A DNA stretch of 64,000 nt from Camelus ferus (Eukaryota), in contig NC_045696.1 of the NCBI RefSeq assembly GCF_009834535.1, positions 55,306,001 through 55,370,000 of the forward strand. The letters are read 5' to 3'. This document shows, piece after piece, positions 1 to 13,083 of the stretch. The notes under the pieces are model-generated. The model was given only the letters and a program-made list of their open reading frames with translations, had not been told where the DNA came from and made no database searches. The translations under genes and the position numbers were made by a program. Positions within the stretch are counted from its first letter, which is position 1. Each line of letters opens with the position of its first letter.

Positions 1-655
1 TCCTTCTTTCACAGGTGGCTAATGCATTTCTTTTAGTTCTTGCTTCTTCATTAATATGAATATTTAAGACCACACCCTTTTTGGTGAGCTTAGTTTGTTA
101 TATCCCTCATAATTCAGATATGGATATTTTAAATTTTCTAGATATTCTCTGATTCCAGTTTTGATTTCACTTTTAACCTCAGAACAGGTTAATAAAGAGG
201 TTTTAGTGTACAGGTGGTAGAAATATTGTTTTCTATTTTGGTATTCAATCTTTAATGTTATTGTATTGGGTTTTGTGAAAGTTGTCTGTGGTTTTACAAG
301 TTTTTGGAATCCTTCTCTAGGGACAATGTAGTTCCACTGTTATAAATGTTCCACAGTATGTGTTAAGAAAGTGCTTCCTCTGTTTTTGGAGTATGGTACA
401 CTACAACTTGATGCAGTTATATCAGTCAGGTCTATCTTGTTAATTATGTTTTCTAGGTCTTCTACATCTTTACTTACTCATTTGTCTACTTAATTTGTCA
501 ATGAACTGAGGAAAAGTTATTAGAGTCTACTTGTACTAATGTGTTTCAGTCTATTTCTCCTTGATAGTTTTTGCTCTATTTATTCTGATGCTGTTATTTG
601 ATTGAATGAGGATTAAATCTTCATTAAGAATAGTGCCATCATGATTTTAACATGT
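1..655 (-). mobile_element. Old LINE-1 (L1M-type) fragment, ORF2 endonuclease region, antisense
   Basis: T-rich text resembling antisense L1 ORF2 5' region (e.g. ttttctaggtcttctacatcttt...gtctatttctccttg...ctctatttattctgatgctgttatttg); heavily diverged. Confidence 0.65.
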
Positions 656-699
656 CCTAGGAAAACTGAGTGACATTAAATAGAGAACTGAGCCTGACT

Positions 700-960
700 T
701 AATGCCACCTCTTTTATAAAGCAATCCCCTAACTACCTGGCCAAAGTGACGTTCCCTCCACTGAAACCACAAAGCATCTGAACTGCACCTCTCTCGTGGC
801 TATTAAAACCCCTGCCTTATGCTAGTTTAAGACCAAGTTTAAAAACTTACTGTAAGGCTAGAAACGTCTTTATTTTTATGGTCCTCATAGCATTTAGTAT
901 ATTGCATTGCTTTGAATCTAACAGATGTTTAAAAAAGAGCTGATGAACTGAATTGATTAC
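700..960 (+). mobile_element. L2 3' end fragment
   Basis: aatgccacctcttttataaag...ctgtaagg...cctcatagcatttagtatattgc...tgaactgaattga resembles the L2 3' tail. Confidence 0.5.
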
Positions 961-997
961 TCAAAATAAGTTTCTGTAACCTCTAAAATATGCTCCC

Positions 998-1465
998 TCA
1001 CTACAGGGTTCTCCAGAGAAACAGAACCAACAGATTACAGATACAGTTATACGTATGCTGACACACAAACCAGTATATATAGTTTACTACTCCAAGAGAA
1101 GAGATTTATTATAAAGAATTGGCTCATACAATTATGGAAGCTGAGAAGTCGGTAAGCTGGAGCCCAAGAGAGTCGATGGTACAGTTCCAGCCTGAATCGG
1201 AACCTGACGGCAGATGATCAATGTCCCAGGCTGGAGACAGTTAGACAGAAAGGATAAATTCTTCCTTATTCCGTCTTTTGTTCTATTCAGACCTTCCAGA
1301 CTGGATGAGACCACCTGGGGAAGGACAATCTGCCTTAATCAGTCCACCAACTGAAATGTTAATGCCCTCCAGAAACACCCTCACAGACAGACCTAGAGTC
1401 ATGTTTAACCAGTATCTGAGCACCTCATGGCCTAGTCACATGTACACATAAAACTAACCACCGCA
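998..1465 (-). mobile_element. ERVL solo LTR (MLT2-like)
   Basis: Starts agggttctccagagaaacagaaccaa, contains gagatttattataaagaattggctca, ends cacataaaactaaccaccgca; this is the reverse complement of the MLT2 consensus termini. Confidence 0.85.
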
Positions 1466-1999
1466 CACCCAAGTGACACAGATGAGGGCCTAGGTTGATA
1501 TATTGTCTATTTTATCACTAGCTTCTGTGACCACTTCCCTAACATCCTCTAAATGCTTTATTCTCCCACAGGAGAGAAAGGAAGCTCAACCGCAGGAGTC
1601 TAGCATCACTCTTGACTTGGAATGCAAAAGGTTCAGAAAATGTATTTAGGTGGAGAATTTATTTACTGTGGTAGTGTCTGGGGGAATCCTGTTTCCTTCC
1701 CAGTAAATCAACAATTTAAGCTTTTGAAAATCAGGATCAATTGTTTTTTCTAGTGTTAGGTTCATAATTGTACTTTTTTGAGATCTGGTCCCGATATCTC
1801 TTTACTCCCTTACATAGTTTTAGGAAATTTTTGATCTTTTAAAAATATTTGAAAATGTTTATAAAACTTGGATTAGTAAATTCAGTACATTTTAGCCAAG
1901 AAGCACACAGGAAGTCCATGCTGAGGTCGGAGAAGTGATGAAGGCTGCACTGCCCCTGCTCTTCAAGAGGTTAGAATTTCATGGGGATAGTCTCGTGAA

Positions 2000-2515
2000 T
2001 GACTAACTAGATCACATAAAAGGAAGAAACAAGTTCTGGTCTGAGGTACAATGAGTGTCAACAGAAGCCGCGTAGAGGGCAATTCATCCTGCATGGAAGG
2101 AAGAGAGAAGGACTTAAGGTGGGCAAGAGTAAGGAAAGCCCCGAAAAGCAAGAATAAGGGAAGAGGGACTCCAGGGTGGGGTACGAGCAGGAGCAAAGGC
2201 CTGGACGGTGAAAGTGTAAGGCACATGAAAATTCTCTGTGACACAGGACAGGGAGGTATTTGGTAGGAAACAAAATAAGGAAGGCCATTTGAGATGAGAG
2301 CAAGGCATGTGGAGTCCAGTCCCTGAAGAGTTTAGAATTTCTTCTGTAGGGAGTGAGGGGCTAACAAAAGGTTGTGGGATAAGAAATAATATGATGTTGG
2401 CTATTCAGTCTCTTTATGTGGTAGGAAGGAAACTCTTAGGCACTTGAAATGATTTGGAATGGATGGGAAAAGCAAGGGAAACAAGAGAAAAAGAAATCAA
2501 GATCACCAGTTAGAA
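2000..2515 (-). mobile_element. L2 fragment (antisense), interrupted by the MLT1 LTR at 2518 and resuming at about 3055-3180
   Basis: Purine-rich L2-antisense phrases (ggcacatgaaa...gagtttagaatttcttctgtagggagtgagggg...accagttagaaag). Confidence 0.5.
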
Positions 2516-2517
2516 AG

Positions 2518-3052
2518 TGTATTAGTTTTCTACTGCTGTAGAAAAAATGACCACAATCTAACATCTCACATTTACACATGTTTGTTACCTTGGGTTCTGG
2601 GGGTCAGGAGTCCAGGCTCAGATAAGTCTACTTAGGACTTACTGTAGTTGCTGACTAATCTGTAATTATGGTATCAGCAGGGATGTGGTATTAACTGAGG
2701 TTATTATCTGAGGAATATGGGTGAAGAATCTGCTTCCATGCTCAGGTTGTTGGCAGAATTAAATTCTTTGTGATTGTAGAACGATGGGCTTCAGTTTCTT
2801 GACTGCTATGTCCTGGAGGCCATTCTCAGCTCCTGAGGCTGCCCAGAGTTCTTTGACTCATGGGGTTTCCCATCTCGGCCCCTTGTCTCCTCAAAGCCAG
2901 CAGAGGCAAGAGCCTGTGTGTAATGCAATGACCTGCATCCCACCACCTTTGCTGTATTCTGTTGGCTAAAGCCAGTGGCGAGACCCATCCACAAACAAGA
3001 CAGATATTAAGAAGCAGGGATCCTGGGGACCACCCTAAGAGTCTGTGCACCA
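2518..3052 (-). mobile_element. MaLR solo LTR (MLT1-like)
   Basis: Begins tgtattagttttctactgctgta; internal gggtcaggagtccagg and gttgttggcagaattaaattctttgtgattgtagaac are typical of MLT1 antisense. Confidence 0.8.
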
Positions 3053-3689
3053 TATATACTACCGAAAGTTGTGGCGAAGAGATGCTAAGGCTTGAAATTG
3101 GGCAGAAACCATGAAAACTAGAGATGACTGATAGGAAAGATATGACTGGAGAGTCTATAGGCACAGTCTGCAACATAGATCCAAGACACAAAAGTGTCTT
3201 AGTCTCATTAGTCCCAGACTTCAGTGTTCACTTACACATGGACATGCTTAGGAAAGGTAGGTCAGTGGTTTACTGAGCTTCAGAATCCCTGAAAAGCTTG
3301 GCAGCAAATCCACTAGCTTCTTAAAGATGAGGATTCTCAGTAATTCTCCTAAATTTTGATTCTATTAAGACTAAGGAATCTATTTAAATAAGCATTCCCA
3401 TTGACCGTGCGCTAGGAAATGCTAACATGTCAGGAAGATGGGAGAAGAGAAAAGTTCATTTGAACTCAGCTCAGCAAATCATTGAGCATGTGATGAGATA
3501 GCATGGAGTCAAAGATGGAAAGACAAAACTGCCTGGAGTAAACCCAAAGTCTAGTAGCAGAGACAGACATGGCAGAACATGAAAAGGAAACATGGGGCAA
3601 TGTGGTAGCCTAAGGAAGGTCAATGAGCTCAGTCGCAGAGGGGAAGAAGCCACGGAAAATCCACATGTAAGAAATGTTTCCCAAAAGCA

Positions 3690-3900
3690 AGACAGCTAAT
3701 GTTTATTGCGCTCTTAATATCTATTATTTTGGAAGAACTATCTCACTCAATCCTTACAATAACCCCCATTAGGTAGGTGCTACTATTTTCCTATTTACAG
3801 ATAAGTAAATAGAGACTGGGAAGCTAAGTAATTGACACAAGCCATTTAGCTAGTAACTGTGGGAACGTGGTAAATCTGAGCTCGTAACCATTACACTGGA
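3690..3900 (-). mobile_element. MIR SINE
   Basis: Core: aatccttacaataaccccc...ctattttcctatttacagataagtaaatagagac. Confidence 0.75.
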
Positions 3901-5911
3901 CAACCTAAGGAGAATCCTGAAGGATCAGCAGAAACTCCCAAGGTCAGTGTGATAAAAAAGAGGGATGAAAGGAAAAACAGATACTGCAAAGGAGGGATAA
4001 GGAAATTACCCTGTAAAACAATTTTTAAAGATGATTTGAGTCTGCTCAAAATGTATTCAAGTTATTCCATCAGGAAAAGATACAGATTTTATGTAAGAAA
4101 TAATTCTGTCAGCTATAGTTAGAAACTTAAAAGAATGCTAACAGATCACTGGAGAGAAATAAGGGAAAGATCTCTGATATGGATGCTTGGTCTCCGTCAA
4201 GTCAAGTATTGTTTTAAACAACAGGACATTTTTTATGGGTTGTCTTTCTCTAATGGAAACAGGGCCAAGTAGAGAAAAATTTGCCTAAAAAAAAAAAAAG
4301 ACTTAACAGAACGTCTTATCCCCCTGCTTTAATTAAAAGAAAAAGAAACAAGCAAACAAAACTGCTAGAAGAAAGGCTCTGCAGGGAAATGTTTATTCTG
4401 TTACCTCTAAAAGTACTTTTACGTACAGAAAGGACAGCCCAGAAAGGCCTCTCACTCTGGCAGAGAGGCCAGTCCAAGGCCATGCTCTGATTAATACTCA
4501 AGCTGGAAAGACTATGCCTGTCTATGTCTAAGGTCTACAGCTTTCTTCAAAATTTGCTTCAAATTGTATTTTCATGAAATGGAGAAATAAATGATCCTTT
4601 TCTGTCCACATCTAGACAGTTTTTTAATACAACATCATATTTTGGTACTCAGAACAATGTCAAATGAATTGTAAACTTTAATCATTCTGAACCAGCTGGG
4701 CTGGGAACTCCTGATGTTCAGGTCAATGTTCCAAGTGTTCCAGTGTTCTTGAATGACATGGTGGCAGTGGCTGAAATGCCAGGTATAGCTTCTAGATTAA
4801 AGATAATTTTTAAAACAGTATTTCTCAGTAAATCTCTCATTTTTTGGACAAGATTTTGTTGTTGTTATTTTAATGTTCAGCCCACTATAACCCTACTGCA
4901 CATAATCAGTATGTATCTTGCACTAAATGCGACTTACCGTGGGTGTAACACACCAGCTGTACTCATCTAGGTTCTATTCAATGAGACAAGGTCATTGATC
5001 ATTTGCTTGGATTTCATGGCAACGTCAAATAGCCATAAAATGTCAAAATGCTCTCAATCTCTTTATTTTTCTCAACAGAGACTGGAAACAGTTTGCATGT
5101 TGGCCCTGGTCTCCTGACATCACCTTGTGAAGCACTGTATATGAAGATGTGCCTTGGCCATCTGAGTCACTTTCAGTGGCCGTGAATATGCTGTGAGGTG
5201 AGACTCGGGAAGAAGAGACCACCCCCAAGTGGAGACGGAGCAGAGTCCTCTATGGGACAGCAAATGATGGTTGAGTCAATCCTTCCCGTCAGCACAGCCA
5301 AGCAGAATGCCGGCTCTGTGAGCGGAGGGTCCCTCGCCCAGGCCTCTCTTAAGCAAACACCAGCTCCAGCCCACAGCAAACACACTCCAAGTGTCTGCTA
5401 ACATAGGGCCCCATCACCAAATCCATGAGGTACTCAAGCATATGTGAAACAGTTTTAGGCTCACTGCTTTTCTCCCCAAGCTGGCCTGGCATGCCCCCAA
5501 AAGAGAATCAGAAATCACTCAGCTGTAGCGATGTGCTTGAAAGCACCTCAGGGAAGCCCCCATCCTTCCTACAAAAGTTGAGCGCTTCCAGAAAAAAATT
5601 GTAAATTCACTTAATCCTTCTGAAGACAACTTTTCCTGCATTTACCAATTCTGAAATTGGTATGCATGGTAGAGCCAATGTATACACTCAGTACAGCCAT
5701 GTTCCTTTTTTTTTTTTTGCCCCCACTGTGCTTAAGTTGATATTTTACAGTTAATGGCATTTTAGAAATGGAGGCAATTAGGTATATAATTCCATTGGAA
5801 ATCAAAAGCATGTGATACTTTCTCTTAAGCAGCTTTGTTTCAGGGAAGTATACATCAAGAAAATGAGTTAGGGCACTGGTTAGCCCATTTGACAGATTTC
5901 AATCATATGAA

Positions 5912-6115
5912 TGTAATAATAAAAACTTCTATTTATTGAGATCCCACCATGTGCCTAGTATGTAAGAGCTTCACCCATATTAACTCATTTAAACCTTATA
6001 ATGACCTTCTATGATTGGTACTCATTTTACAGATGAGGAAAATGGGGCATAGAGAGGTTAAGAAATCTTACCCAAGATCATAGAGCTGGAAAGTGTTGGA
6101 GTCAAGGTTCAAAGT
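5912..6115 (-). mobile_element. MIR SINE
   Basis: atttattgagatccc...cattttacagatgaggaaaatggggcatagagaggttaag. Confidence 0.85.
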
Positions 6116-6129
6116 GATGGTTCAAACCG

Positions 6130-6624
6130 ATGATGACTGGTGAGTGCCCAATAAAAGCACCTAATCAACTTGATGACAAAGCAAAGCTGAAGTTCATTAC
6201 TTGCTGCAGTAAGGAAGAATACTCTCTTAACAAGACTCTTATTTTCTAGGAGGGATATTTGTGAGGTTTGGGGGTCTGACTCAAGGCAAGTATTTCAATT
6301 CAGAGGACTGATTTAAAGTGAACCAACTCCCTGACGTGGTAGTTTAGGATTGGTTGACACAGCAAGAAGTGGTTCCAAGAGTCTTAAAGCATAAGCAGTG
6401 GTTTGATGAGTCTAATAAAGCAATGTATTGTCCTGAAAGGGGGTTGTTTACTCTTATGAGAGATCATTGAATCATCTCTTTTTACACATAAATGGATTTT
6501 TAGCAATGTCCTTATCCAAATCATAATTATTTGCACCATCAGATTCCTGGGCAAGAATATCCTGAAATAAGGTCATTTTAATGCAGAGAATGAGATGGGT
6601 GGCTGCAGATGGTTTGTGTTCTCA
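6130..6624. mobile_element. Probable ERV solo LTR (family unassigned)
   Basis: TG...CA-bounded segment of about 500 bp, wedged between a MIR and an MLT1; LTR-like text (aaagctgaagttcattacttgctgcagtaagg; ggattggttg). Confidence 0.4.
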
Positions 6625-6631
6625 CCAGATG

Positions 6632-7127
6632 GCTGCCATCTGAAATGTGTTCCCTTCCAAATCCTTATGTTGAAGCCCTAACCACACACACACACATCCC
6701 CCAACACCCCCGAATGTGACTATATTTGGAGATAAAGCTTTAGGAGGTAATTAAGATTAAATGAGGTGGAATGGGTGGGGCCCTAACCAAGTAATATTGG
6801 CGGCCTTATTAAGAGAAAAAGAAAGACCTAATTTTCTCTTCCTCTTCCCTCTCTTTGTGTCCCTCTCTCTCTCTCTCTGACCCCTTCTCCTTCTCTCTCC
6901 TCTCCCATTCTAAACCACTTTGCCATGCACTCCATGTGCACTGAGCAAAGGCCATGTGAGCACAGAGAGAAGGTGGCTCTCTGCAAGCCAGGAAGAGAGA
7001 TCTAACCCAGTCATGCTGGCACTCTGATCCAACTTCCAGCTTCCAGAAATATGAGCAAATAAATTTTCTGTTCTTTAACCCATTCAGTCTACAGTGGTTT
7101 GTCATAGTCATCCAAGCCAGGTAATAC
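6632..7127 (+). mobile_element. MaLR solo LTR (MLT1A-like)
   Basis: tatgttgaagccctaacc...aatgtgactatatttggagata...gccatgtgagcacag...ttccagcttccagaaatatgagcaaataaattttctg...taataca. Confidence 0.85.
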
Positions 7128-9289
7128 ACTGTCTCTATGCAGAAACATTCACTTACATGAGGTTCACTTCCCTTGCTGAGTGGCTGCAAGAATTTAATGA
7201 AATCACATACGTCACTGTATGAACATTATCTCATAGCATTATTAATAGCAGTGCAATTCCTGACTTCTTGAAGGCTCAACTCTTGGGCCAGAGTTTAATG
7301 ACACAGTTGAATAAAGCAACGGAGTCTAGCAGTTCTCTGGGGCGAGACTTACCTTGGAAAGAAAGGAAGCTCAGCAAAGGGACCAAAGAACAACTTGGAA
7401 CCAGGAAAATCCACATTCTCCATATTCTGGACAAAATGAACACCCAGCTGTGAATTTATTGACTGTCCCTTAAGAAGTTCTAATGGAATAAATTTTGCCT
7501 CCTTGGTGCCTGCTAATTAGACAATTACTTAACTCTGTTTCTTTTTTTAATGACTCTCTGCTGTTGTTTGAAGACTTCTGTCTATTATTTGTAATAAAAA
7601 CCTCTGTCACATTTTTGCCTCATTATCCTTAACAAATAGTGCATTCCCCAGCCCAGGTCCCTGGTTCCCTTAGTTCTCCCTCCCCCAGCACCTCCCCAAT
7701 CTAGAGCTCCCAGAGTTTCAAAGACCAGCTGTTATCATTTTGTTGACTGAGAGATTTTTAGGATCTTCTATCACAGGCACAAGGCTCCATGGGGGCTGTT
7801 GAATTAAATATCAGCTCTTCAAACAGGAATTAGCTCAGAGAACAAAAGCAGCAGGGAGACAAGGGACAAATTCAGGCAAGTGCTGTCATCCTCCCACTCA
7901 GGGATTGGGAAACTGGTCTTCTCTCCCTTCCCTGGCGCCCTGAGACTGCAATTCCTAGGCCTGCAGCCATGTGGCGAGTCACACAACTCATCCTAGGGCT
8001 GGAGACCAAGCCCAGCCCAGCCCAGCCCAGCCCAGGGTCGGTCATCCATTCTTTCATCAGAGCAGCAGTATGTTCAAAGAGAAGGATCCTTTCACCATCT
8101 CCTACAGATAGCCTCATCTGAGCATCCCAAAGATTTTCTACTGAACTACTATTTCACCAGAGGGGAGAAGTGGGAAAATAAGACAGCAAAAAACTGAACA
8201 CTTGCTGAGCCCTATTATTTGCCCTCTCTGTCTGCCACAGAGATGCTACTTGCCTATCCTCATGTTAGAGGAATGTATAGAATGTAGTAGTACAAAGACT
8301 AGATCCTTGCTACTCAAGGTTGGCTTCACAAGTGTGAGACCTGTGTCACCACACAGGGCCCTTCGCTCACGACAGTCACACTTGGTTGGATCCCCTGCTG
8401 TCTTGAAATGCTGAATAATGTCACCTCTCAACTTGTGTTCTGTAAGTGTAGTCCAGTGGGACATAGAGCATGCTCACAAGCAGAGAAGACCCGGGCAACA
8501 GGCGCATTTACGGTTGCCTGATGCCCCTTCCAATATGGCGTTTGTGGTGCCCATAAGCACTGAGTTCCAGTGGGCCCGCGATGTGCGGGAATTCAACAGG
8601 GCTCAAAGCAAGGACAAGGAAGTGTGTTAAGTCCATGACTGAGCAAGCCAGGGTGCCGGCAGCCCTGAGAAACCACGCTTCCCTGTCCACCAGAATCTGC
8701 TTTGAACACAAGAAGGAAATGGCAATCTACGAAGCACAAACCAGCAGTGAGCCCTTTCATACCTTTTCTTACTCACATCACATCCCTTACTCATCACTTA
8801 TGCTGAAAATGATGACACCCAAGGAAAAGAGTTTTTTACAGTTCCTCGTTCTTCCAGCCCTTCCGTCCTCACAAGAAAGGGAGGCAGAGTGTGCTGTGAG
8901 CTATGAGCACATCAAGAGCTGAGACAACAACGGCTGAGTTAGGTCTGCGCAGTGATACCCTAGTCTGGTAAGAACGAAGTACAGGCAGATGCGTGAGCGA
9001 CGGAGCTGAACTGTGGCATTTTGGTGATTCCACACAGGAGTTAAAAGCTCTTACGTTTGCATTTAAAAGTGGCATTGAACAATTTAAAGATAAATGATGA
9101 ACCTGTGCTAATATTTGAAAACTTCAGTTTTCCTTTGCTTAGTACCACAGTAAATAACAAAACACAACATGACAAGCTAAAAGTGAGACCGTGGAAGAAG
9201 GAAAAAGTTCTAGATATTAGTACCTTTAACAACACTGTCTTCCTGCTGGTTCAACAAAGGGCCTCACGTTTTCACTGCACATGCAGCCT

Positions 9290-9990
9290 AGCAGTGCCCA
9301 GCCCCTGGGAGGCAGCAGTCTGACCTGGGAGCTGGTTAGAAATGCAGAGTCCCATGCCCCTCCTCAGATCTGCACTTGAACACAACCCCCAGGTGTTCTG
9401 CAGGCAATGTGCGCATTAGAATTTGCAAAGCCCAGGATTAGAGGATCTTCTCAGGGCCTCACAGGTGTCCAGCGGAGGTGAGGAACCTCTACCCTCCACT
9501 GTGGGGCTGTGACATCAGTGCGTATATTATCCCCCCTGACAGATGTAGAAACCACCTAAAAAGGTGAATGGACTTGCCCAAGGTAAGAAGTTGCCAGCTA
9601 ATAAGTGACAAAGCAGAAATTAGCAGCAAATTGGTCTCGTTCCAAATCTCATCTCTTTTCATTTACACGCATAGTTTCCAAATAAGAGCAAGCATCAGCA
9701 ATAACTGGGGGATTTTTTTAAATGCAGATCCCTGGGCCCCACCCCAGACGCACCAAATCAAAATCTATTGGTTGAAGCTTGAAAGTCTGTATTTTTAGAA
9801 CCATGGTTCTGAAATTTGGCTACGCAGTAGCACTACCTGGAACCTTTTAAAAAATCCCCAAATTCAGGCCACACCCAAGGCCAGCTAAATCGGAATCTCG
9901 GGGTGGAACTCAGTCGCTGAAATTTAAAACCGGCTGAGAGAGAACCACTGTTAAAATATTCCCTGATAATCCTGATGTTCCCTGGGCCTG
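9290..9990. mobile_element. Cluster of hAT-Charlie MER5-like elements with a MIR fragment at about 9520-9660
   Basis: cctgggagctggttagaaatgcagagtccc; aatgcagatccctgggccccacccc; terminal gagaaccactg. Confidence 0.7.
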
Positions 9991-10580
9991 GGCAGCCGGC
10001 TTCACACTTGAATGTGCTCCTGTTCACAGGGCTTTCCCCAGGCTGCTGGGCACACAGGTTAGAAAGAAATGACGAATGAGCAAACAAACAAAAATGTGGG
10101 ATTTCAGGAAACTAATTTTATTTCTAGAGCCAAGCTAATCAACCAGCTCTCTATGTGAAAGAATGCAATTAGTACTCAGAATCACTGGTGTATATTTTGT
10201 TAACAAAACTCTAAAGTTATCAAAAAATCATTAGCAGCCAAAAGCAAGAACTCTGTGCTAAATATTTACCTCTGTTTCTAAATCAACATTTTTATCTTCA
10301 GGAATAATGACATTCACTAGGTATTATTATGGAACTCTTGTCAGAAGAGCTGGGGAATCAGGGACCCAAGACCCTAAAATGTATCGCCAGTATCCTGGGT
10401 GTTTATTATGGGTGAGAGGATGTTCAATTCTGGGTCCCTCAGTTTAAAGGGTACATGGATGCAGAGGAGTGCACGTAAAAAAAAAAAAGTACGTGGATAT
10501 CAGTCAGGGGTGCAAGAGAGGTGGGGAGAGAGTGTGGAGAAACTATGGTATCAGAGAAAAAACCAAGAGGTGCACATAGC

Positions 10581-10581
<1 letters not shown>

Positions 10582-10618
<37 letters not shown>
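10582..10618 (+). repeat. (CA)n microsatellite
   Basis: Directly visible perfect CA run. Confidence 0.98.
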
Positions 10619-10619
<1 letters not shown>

Positions 10620-10764
10620 CTCTTAAAGCCTCGTGTTTGATGAGAGAAAAAAAAAAGGAACAGAATGAGATATTACACAATTCTGTTCACATGAACTAAA
10701 AATATATGTTATGTAAGACCACATACAAACATGATTTTAAGAGAATTTAATAAAAGGAAACATT

Positions 10765-10905
10765 TTAGGGGCATGGATTATTTAGCTTGAAGAACAAAAG
10801 CTTTGAGAGAGATATGGCATATATTTGTAGACATTAAAGAGTGTCCTGTGGAAGAGGGAAGATTTCCCCTTCTGGGCAGCCTTTGAGGACAGACAGAGGA
10901 CCATC
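10765..10905 (+). mobile_element. CR1/L3 3' ORF2 relic
   Basis: ttatttagcttgaagaacaaaagctttgagagagatatg...ctgtggaagaggg resembles the CR1 'LFSLEKRRLRGD' region. Confidence 0.5.
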
Positions 10906-11242
10906 TATATCAAGAACATTTTGTGTGCCAGTGAGACCTTACAAAGTAGGCCAAATGGATCTATTTAGGGTAGGTAAGGGGCACATGTCTTGGCTTATAT
11001 GGAAGTGACCCTGTATTGGGTACATCTGATTATATAACACCTAAAACACTTTCGTGGTTAATTTCCTACACAGTAGGATGTAGAACAATCTCCAGTTAAC
11101 TCTAGAGGATAGACAGGAAAGATGTGAAGATATGTGTTGTTCAAGGGGGGTAAAAGCAGTTAGTTAACCACCAAAACATGCCCAGGGTAGCGTTAGCTTG
11201 TTGGATTTGCTGCTAGCACTGGATGGAACTAGCCCTATCCAA

Positions 11243-11435
11243 AGAGTTGTTTTCAAACTTTAATGCGCATATGAACCATTTGGAAAATTTGTTTTTAAAA
11301 TAGCACCATCCCCAAGTGATGCTGGTATGGTAGGTTTGGGCTGGGGTTTGAGGTTGCTGCATTTAAGCCAGCACCCAGGTGATTCATCCGCAGGTGGATG
11401 GCCGCAGATCACCGTGTCGGGCCAGACGCTGCTGT
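11243..11435. mobile_element. MER5A-like DNA transposon
   Basis: gttgttttcaaactttaatgcgcatatgaacca...ctgcatttaagccagcacccaggtgattc. Confidence 0.7.
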
Positions 11436-11849
11436 AGGCAGGGTCAGGTTTTGAAAGATGGTTTGAATTCTTGACCTCTGGTTTGAATTCTTTACCCTGA
11501 CTCCCGAGGTTCTCTGCCAGCAGTTCGTAAGAGACCACTGGGCTCCCCTCTTTCTCCTGACAGCCCCCTTCCTGCACATGGGAGGAAGATTCTTACAATA
11601 GTTCCCCATCAGTGGGGTCTTCGGTTGTAATGACAATACCTCGTTTAAATAATTTACCACTGATAAGACATTTTCCTCCATCTAGGCTGAATAAGCCTTT
11701 GACATGGGAAATACTGTCTCCTAAATAGACTAACGCTGCATTCTATTTCCATGTGCTCCTTTGGCTTACAGAAATGCTTGTTGTATTGTTAAAGGTAATC
11801 TTATTAGAAGAGACAGAATATTCAACACAAACCTTAGAGAACATCTAGC

Positions 11850-12010
11850 ATGAAGTTCCCTGAGGAGGTGGTAGTAAACTCTAAACATGTTATGAAGGAG
11901 GAAACGGAGGTCCGGAGGGGTCAGCCTCTTGCCCAGGGAGACACAGGCCAATTACAGCCTCAGAGCTGAGTCAGAAGCCCCAGGTGTCCGACTCCCAGGC
12001 CAGCTCTTTC
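11850..12010 (-). mobile_element. MIR SINE fragment
   Basis: gaggaaacggaggtccggagggg...cttgcccaggg...ctgagtcagaagccccaggtgtccgactcc. Confidence 0.6.
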
Positions 12011-13003
12011 TAGCCTCCCTGGAGGTCATGCCCCTTGCAGCACAGCAGAGGCTGTGAGTCGGCACCTACAGCTGCCTTCCCCTCCCCCACCCCAAAATTC
12101 TCTGAAAGCAGAGTACACAAACCCCATCTGTATTGGAGGTTCAGAGCTACAAAGCCTGCATTATTTAACACCAGCTTTAGCTATCTGGGATGGAGAATAA
12201 ATAGCACTGTAATAAAATCCATAAAATATACCAAATTGGATTTTTTTCAGGGATGGCTCCAAGCACAAGTTGGTAATCAAAAGGTTTTCTGAAAGACTGG
12301 AAATAGTGTTTGCTGTGTTGAAATCTCCCTGAACCTTAAGAACATCCCTGATCACCATCACCCACTAGCTGAATACTTAAGGTGGAGAGACATGTGTTAC
12401 TCTAAGCAATGAGGAAGAAGGACACTTTCAAAAGACCCGATCAAGAATGCCTTCTCCTCCAGTTTAGGAGCCATCGCCACAGCGGGGCATGAAGGTCTTT
12501 AGCCCTCCATGTCTCCTAATACTCCCTGGGCAGCAGCAGTCACGGTGCTAGAAGAGATGGTAGATGCACTTGCCAACAAGGTGGGGGAGCTGTTGATGGT
12601 GGGGGACAGTGACATCTGCTATCCTTTTATAGATACTTGGGTTTGCAGGGCTGCTAATAGTGAAGCCTCCCTTTTTCTCATGAGGACTTGACCACAATTC
12701 AAGTATGTCAACCAGGTGATGCCTCTCTTAAAGCTTATGAGTCTGAGGAGCCCTGTTTTCCATCAGTGTAGTCAAGTGAGGGGCGGTCATTAGCACAAGC
12801 CCTCCCATCCTGACTTCCCTATTAGTACAATATGTTGAAAAGAAAGCCTCCAGTTCAAGACCGTTTCATGAGCATACCCATTTACCTCTCTTCCAACCCA
12901 AGTTCTTAGTGAAAAAACTAAATGACACTGTGTAAAGTACGAAATCACTAACAGTGATAGCATATAAGAAAGAGAGCCATGAGGACATCAGAAAGTTTGA
13001 GGA

Positions 13004-13083
13004 GGGGAAAGGTGTAGCTCAGTGGTTGAGTACCTCCATTATAAAATAATAATAATAAACCTAATCACACCCCCCAAAAAGGA
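13004..13083 (+). mobile_element. tRNA-derived SINE (Vic-1-like, camelid), internally deleted, 12-bp TSD
   Basis: ggggaaaggtgtagctcagtggttgag (tRNA A-box) joined to tacctccatt...aataaacctaatcacacccccc-A tail; TSD aaagtttgagga at 12992-13003 and 13084-13095. Confidence 0.8.

Noticed and set aside
5043..5385. Minus-strand ORFs that look like a protein C-terminus
   Set aside because: Two different frames, no good acceptor and no recognisable family
7353..7447. Minus-strand segment ending in a strong AAG|gtaagt donor (similar donors at about 4937, 31381 and 60297)
   Set aside because: Weak or ambiguous acceptors and no recognisable peptides; such donors are expected by chance in 64 kb
11459..11492. 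14-bp direct repeat tggtttgaattctt x2 (similar short duplications at about 25470-25497 and 54235-54280), considered as CRISPR-like or array structure
   Set aside because: Only 2-3 units with no regular spacers; ordinary slippage duplications in a mammalian genome
11260..11681. Overlapping minus-strand ORFs of 105 and 90 aa with an upstream AG
   Set aside because: They run into a MER5 element, have no clear donor and show no recognisable homology
13004..13030. Possible tRNA gene
   Set aside because: Only the A-box is present, followed by an A-rich tail and TSD, so it is a SINE
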